Part shown: positions 60,240-64,000 of the stretch, in pieces
Numbering within the stretch: the stretch's first letter is position 1
How the letters are laid out: every line of letters starts with the position of its first letter
Assembly: GCA_050249615.1 (NCBI GenBank)
Contig: JBFWQE010000009.1
Location: 107-64,106, forward strand
From: Vicinamibacterales bacterium
GTDB taxonomy: Bacteria > Acidobacteriota > Vicinamibacteria > Vicinamibacterales > UBA2999
Length of the DNA stretch: 64,000 nucleotides
Reading direction: 5' to 3'
Translations under genes and position numbers: made by a program
The notes under the pieces: generated by a model
Database searches by the model: none
Told to the model about the DNA's origin: nothing
What the model saw: the letters and a program-made list of their open reading frames with translations, nothing else

Positions 60240-60596
60240 ATGCCGCGCGTCAAGCGTGGAGTCGTCCGTCGTCAGAAGCGCAAGAAGCTTTCGAAGCTCA
60301 CGAAGGGCTACTTCCAGAACAAGAGCAAGCTCTACAAGTTCATGCGGGAGGCCGCGGAGAAGGCGGGCGTGTACGCCTACGTCGGCCGCAAGCGCAAGAA
60401 GCGCGACTACCGCAGCCTCTGGGTCGTGCGCATCAACGCCGCCGCGCGCGAGAACGGCACCACCTACAGCGTCTTCATGCGCGGGCTGAAAGCCGCAGGC
60501 ATCGAGCTGGATCGCAAGAGCCTGGCCGAGCTCGCCGCGCGCGAGCCCGCCGCGTTCACGGCGCTCGTCAACAAGGTCAAGGCGGCCACGGCTTAG
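60240..60596 (+). CDS. rplT: Ribosomal protein L20
   Basis: [24 protein letters not shown], 118 aa. SD GGAG lies 5 nt upstream. Confidence 0.95.
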   Translation: MPRVKRGVVRRQKRKKLSKLTKGYFQNKSKLYKFMREAAEKAGVYAYVGRKRKKRDYRSLWVVRINAAARENGTTYSVFMRGLKAAGIELDRKSLAELAAREPAAFTALVNKVKAATA

Positions 60597-60722
60597 GGAC
60601 TTGGGACCTGGGGCTGGGGAACTGCCAGAACTCAGGCCCCAAGTCCCAAGACCCAAGTCCCAAGCCCCAAGACCCAAGTCCCAAGACCCAAGACCCAAGT
60701 CCCAAGACCCAAGCCCCCTTGG
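60597..60722. repeat. Heptamer-phased array, about 18 units (GGACTTG-type then 11x CCAAGNC), after rplT
   Basis: Phase 7 is kept from 60597 to 60722. The left units are reverse complements of the right units (GGGACTTGGGAC vs GTCCCAAGTCCC). Confidence 0.9.
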
Positions 60723-60750
60723 GCCTCGAGAGGTGATCTCGAGGCCCTTT
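60721..60750 (+). terminator. Intrinsic terminator after rplT
   Basis: GGGCCTCGAG-aggtgat-CTCGAGGCCC forms a perfect 10-bp stem followed by TTTCTGT. Confidence 0.65.
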
Positions 60751-60767
60751 CTGTATCATCACGGGCG

Positions 60768-61898
60768 ATGACGACGATCGATCCCTCCATCAGCACGGAC
60801 CGCGCGCGGGCCATCTTCGACGAGGAGCTGGCCGGCGTGGCGTCGGCCGCGGCCCTGCAGGAGCTGCGCAATCGATGGATGGCGCGCAGCGGCAGCTGGG
60901 TCGCCGCCTTCATGGAGCTCATCGCGAAGGCGCCGGCCGATCAGAAGAAGGCGCTCGGCCGCGGCGCCAACGAGCTGAAGAAACACGTCGAGGCGGCTCT
61001 CGCCGAACGCGAGCGCGCACTGGCGGCCACGCGCCGCCCGGCCGGCGCCGTGGACATCACCCTGCCCGGCCGCGCGCCGCGCCTCGGCTGCCGGCACCCG
61101 CTCAGCCTCATCCGCGAAGAGGTCGGCGCCATCTTCTCGCGCCTCGGCTACCAGGTGCTCGAGGGGCCCGAGATCGAGGACGACTACCACAACTTCGAAG
61201 CCCTCAACATGCCGGCGGAACATCCCGCGCGCGACATGCAGGACACCCTCTACCTCGCGCGCCCGCTGATGCCGGCGTCGTACGACCCGCCCACGCGCGG
61301 CCTCGCCCCGCGGGCGCCGCAGCCGCTGACACTGCTGCGCACCCACACCTCGGCGATGCAGATCCGCCACATGGAGCGCCACGATCCGCCGGTCCGGCTC
61401 GTCGCCATCGGGCCCGTCTATCGCCGCGACAACCTGGACCTCACCCACACGCCGATGTTCCACCAGGTCGAGGGCCTGGTCGTGGGGCGAGGCATCACGC
61501 TCGCCGACCTCAAGGGCACGCTCACCTCCATGGCCGCCGCGCTCTTCGGCCCTTCGACCCGGAGTGGCGAGAGCACTCGCGCGGGGCAGGCGCCGCTCGT
61601 GCGCTTCCGCCCGAGCTTCTTCCCGTACACGGAGCCCAGCGCCGAAGTGGACATCCGCTGCATCCGCTGCGAGGGCGAGGGCTGTCCCATGTGCAAGCGC
61701 ACGGGCTGGCTCGAGATCCTGGGCAGCGGCATGGTTCACCCGGCCGTGTTCGAGTACGTCGGCTATGACCCGGACGAGGTGACCGGTTTCGCGTTCGGGA
61801 TGGGCATCGAGCGCGTGGCGCTGCTCAAGTGGGGCGTCGAGGACATACGCCTCTTCTACGAGAACGATCTGCGCTTCCTGGAGCAATTCGGCCGATGA
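60768..61898 (+). CDS. pheS: Phenylalanyl-tRNA synthetase alpha subunit
   Basis: 376 aa with class II motifs (HPARDMQDT, FRPSFFPYTEPSAEVD, GFAFGMGIERVA). Confidence 0.95.
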   Translation: MTTIDPSISTDRARAIFDEELAGVASAAALQELRNRWMARSGSWVAAFMELIAKAPADQKKALGRGANELKKHVEAALAERERALAATRRPAGAVDITLPGRAPRLGCRHPLSLIREEVGAIFSRLGYQVLEGPEIEDDYHNFEALNMPAEHPARDMQDTLYLARPLMPASYDPPTRGLAPRAPQPLTLLRTHTSAMQIRHMERHDPPVRLVAIGPVYRRDNLDLTHTPMFHQVEGLVVGRGITLADLKGTLTSMAAALFGPSTRSGESTRAGQAPLVRFRPSFFPYTEPSAEVDIRCIRCEGEGCPMCKRTGWLEILGSGMVHPAVFEYVGYDPDEVTGFAFGMGIERVALLKWGVEDIRLFYENDLRFLEQFGR

Positions 61899-63955
61899 AG
61901 GTGCTGCTCTCCTGGGTTCGCGAGTTCGTCGACATCGACGAGCCGGCCGAGGCCATCGGGCGAAAGCTGTCGCTGCGCGGGCTGCCGCTCGAGGGTATCG
62001 AGCCCATGGGCGACGACGCATTGATGGACTTCGAAGTGACGGCGAACCGGCCCGACTGCATGTCCATGGCCGGCATCGCACGCGAGATCGCGGTCGTGTA
62101 CGGCCTGCCGTTTCGCTCGCCGCACGCCGCGTGGCCGGACGCCGGGGCTGGCGGAGGGAGCGCCGCGTCCTCCCTGCCTGCGCTGCCGATCACCATCGAG
62201 ACGCCCGATCTCTGCGCCCGGTACGTGGGCGCCGTGGCGGATGTCACCATCGCCCCCTCCCCCGCGTGGATGGCCGACCGCCTGACTGCCTGCGGGGTAC
62301 GGCCGATCAGCAACGTGGTGGACATCACCAACTACGTCCTGCTCGAGCTCGGCCAGCCGATGCACGCGTTCGACCACGCCCGGCTCGCGGGCCCGGCCAT
62401 CGTGGTGCGCCGCGCGCGATCCGGCGAGACGCTGGCGACGCTGGACGGCAAGGCGCGCACCCTCACGACCGACATGCTGGTCATCGCCGACGCCGAACGC
62501 GCGAGCGCCATCGGCGGCGTGATGGGCGGCGCCGAGTCCGAGGTGTCGTCCTCCACGCGCCGCATCGTGTTCGAGTCGGCCTGGTTCAAGCCGCAGTCGG
62601 TGCGTGCCACGAGCCGCGCCCTCGGGCTGCGCACCGAGGCCTCGACGCGCTTCGAGCGTGGCGCCGACCTCACCGCGTCGGCCGTGGCCATGGTGCGCGC
62701 CTGCGAACTGCTCGCGCGTCTGGGCGCGGGCACCGCGGGCGCGCTCGTCGACGTCTACCCCGCCCGGCACCGGCCTCCCACGCTGTTCCTGGCCCAGCCG
62801 CGCGTTGAGGGCCTGCTCGGCATGCACGTCCCTGACGGCGAGATCGTGCGCATCCTCGAAGCGCTCGGCTTCGGCGTCGAGCGCGCCCCCGGCGGCTGGT
62901 CCGTCGTCGCGCCCGGGTGGCGCGTGGACATGCACCGCGACGTGGACCTCATCGAGGAGATCGGCCGACACCATGGCTTCGAGCACCTGCCGGCCACCTT
63001 CCCCGGCGTGCAGCAGGCGCCGGCTCCGTCCGATCCGCGCATCGCGCGGGACGCGCGGGCGCGGCGCGCAGCACTGGCCGCGGGGTTCTCGGAGGCCATC
63101 AGCTTCGCGTTCATCGAGGCCCGGCACGCCGAGCCGTTCCAGGGCGGCGAGCCCCCGGTCGCGCTGGCCAACCCGCTGTCCGAGAAGTTCGCCGTCATGC
63201 GCCCGAGCCTCGTGCCCGGCCTGGTGGAGGCCGTGAGCCACAACCGTCGCCATGGCCGTCGCGACGTCCAGCTCTTCGAGATCGGCACGCGGTTCTCACC
63301 GCGCGGCGAGACGCGCGCCATGGGGCTGGCGTGGACCGGCCTCGCCACCCCGGATCACTGGAGCGGCGGCCGGCGCGACGTGGACTTCTTCGACATGAAG
63401 GGCGTGGTCGAACAACTGGCCTCGCTCTTCGACGTGGAACTGTCGGCGCTGGCGCCGGCGGAAGGCTCCGTGGCCGACACGGTGCTCGTGCCGGGCCGCG
63501 CGGCGGCCCTCGCCAGCGGCGACCACATCGTCGGCTGGGTGGGGCAGCTCCAGGCGGCCATCGGCGACGCGCACGATTTGCCGGCGAACGACGTCGTCTA
63601 CGTCGCGGAGTGCGACCTCGATGCGCTCTCGCCAGCGGCCATCGCACCGGCGCGCATGACGACGCCGCTGCCGCGCTTCCCTGCCGCCGTGCGAGACATC
63701 GCGATGCTGGTGGACGAATCCTTGTCTGCCGCGACGGTTCGTGGCACCATTCGGTCCAAAGCCCCTTCGACGCTGGTCGGGGTAACGGAGTTCGATCGGT
63801 ATCAGGGGAAGGGGATCCCGGACGGCAAGGTCAGCCTGGCGCTGCGCCTCACGTTCCAGTCGCTCGATCGCACGCTCACCGATGCCGAAGTCGAGGCGGC
63901 CACCACCGCGGTGGTCGACCTGCTCGCCTCGGAGTTCGGCGCGGTCAGGCGGTAG
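61895..63955 (+). CDS. pheT: Phenylalanyl-tRNA synthetase beta subunit (short form, no OB/B2 domain)
   Basis: MKVLLSWVREFVDI, with B3/4, B5 and FDX-ACB domains. 686 aa. ATGA overlap with pheS. Confidence 0.95.
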   Translation: MKVLLSWVREFVDIDEPAEAIGRKLSLRGLPLEGIEPMGDDALMDFEVTANRPDCMSMAGIAREIAVVYGLPFRSPHAAWPDAGAGGGSAASSLPALPITIETPDLCARYVGAVADVTIAPSPAWMADRLTACGVRPISNVVDITNYVLLELGQPMHAFDHARLAGPAIVVRRARSGETLATLDGKARTLTTDMLVIADAERASAIGGVMGGAESEVSSSTRRIVFESAWFKPQSVRATSRALGLRTEASTRFERGADLTASAVAMVRACELLARLGAGTAGALVDVYPARHRPPTLFLAQPRVEGLLGMHVPDGEIVRILEALGFGVERAPGGWSVVAPGWRVDMHRDVDLIEEIGRHHGFEHLPATFPGVQQAPAPSDPRIARDARARRAALAAGFSEAISFAFIEARHAEPFQGGEPPVALANPLSEKFAVMRPSLVPGLVEAVSHNRRHGRRDVQLFEIGTRFSPRGETRAMGLAWTGLATPDHWSGGRRDVDFFDMKGVVEQLASLFDVELSALAPAEGSVADTVLVPGRAAALASGDHIVGWVGQLQAAIGDAHDLPANDVVYVAECDLDALSPAAIAPARMTTPLPRFPAAVRDIAMLVDESLSAATVRGTIRSKAPSTLVGVTEFDRYQGKGIPDGKVSLALRLTFQSLDRTLTDAEVEAATTAVVDLLASEFGAVRR

Positions 63956-64000
63956 GGGTTCTCGCCTCCTCGATGACCTCCCAGGCGACCCCGGGCTTGT

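Noticed and set aside
63945-64000. Possible convergent minus-strand gene end (…KPGVAWEVIEEARTPTA*) overlapping the pheT stop
   Set aside because: Only about 18 codons are visible in the window, with no motif. This cannot be supported.

Overview
Very GC-rich chromosomal window (strong GC3 bias) from a diderm bacterium. It carries lipid A genes lpxB and lpxD, an RND/TolC efflux set, MltG and EnvC. My guess is Acidobacteriota or Gemmatimonadota, but I cannot establish the taxon. I support 59 protein-coding genes (one frameshifted) and one tRNA-Val. I recognise no rRNA, CRISPR array, transposase, integrase or prophage module. Content is mostly housekeeping: thrS-infC-rpmI-rplT-pheS-pheT, gatCA, dnaK-hsp20, xseAB-ispA-tlyA-nadK, a type III glutamine synthetase, and mltG/ruvX/envC/ctpA. 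There are also stress and transport operons. Many long ORFs in the track are antisense or out-of-frame artefacts of high GC; true starts were chosen from homology-like N-termini, SD motifs and a recurrent ATGA stop/start overlap.

Main things worth a second look:
1. An AcrB-type RND permease and a TolC-type outer-membrane factor form one uninterrupted 1503-codon frame, joined by a signal-peptide-like helix.
2. A pervasive family of 7- and 8-nt tandem micro-repeat arrays sits directly after (or on top of) stop codons, often as inverted blocks. The same octamer occurs at three loci.
3. The same 9-nt tandem array is embedded in frame in two unrelated genes on opposite coding strands.
4. Two good sigma54-type promoters are present. 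One drives a CBS / USP / HAD-P-loop-ATPase-fusion operon.
5. A c-type cytochrome gene is frameshifted.
6. Two structured intergenic RNA candidates are present.
7. A repeated -10-hexamer-N6-10-ATG pattern suggests frequent leaderless mRNAs.
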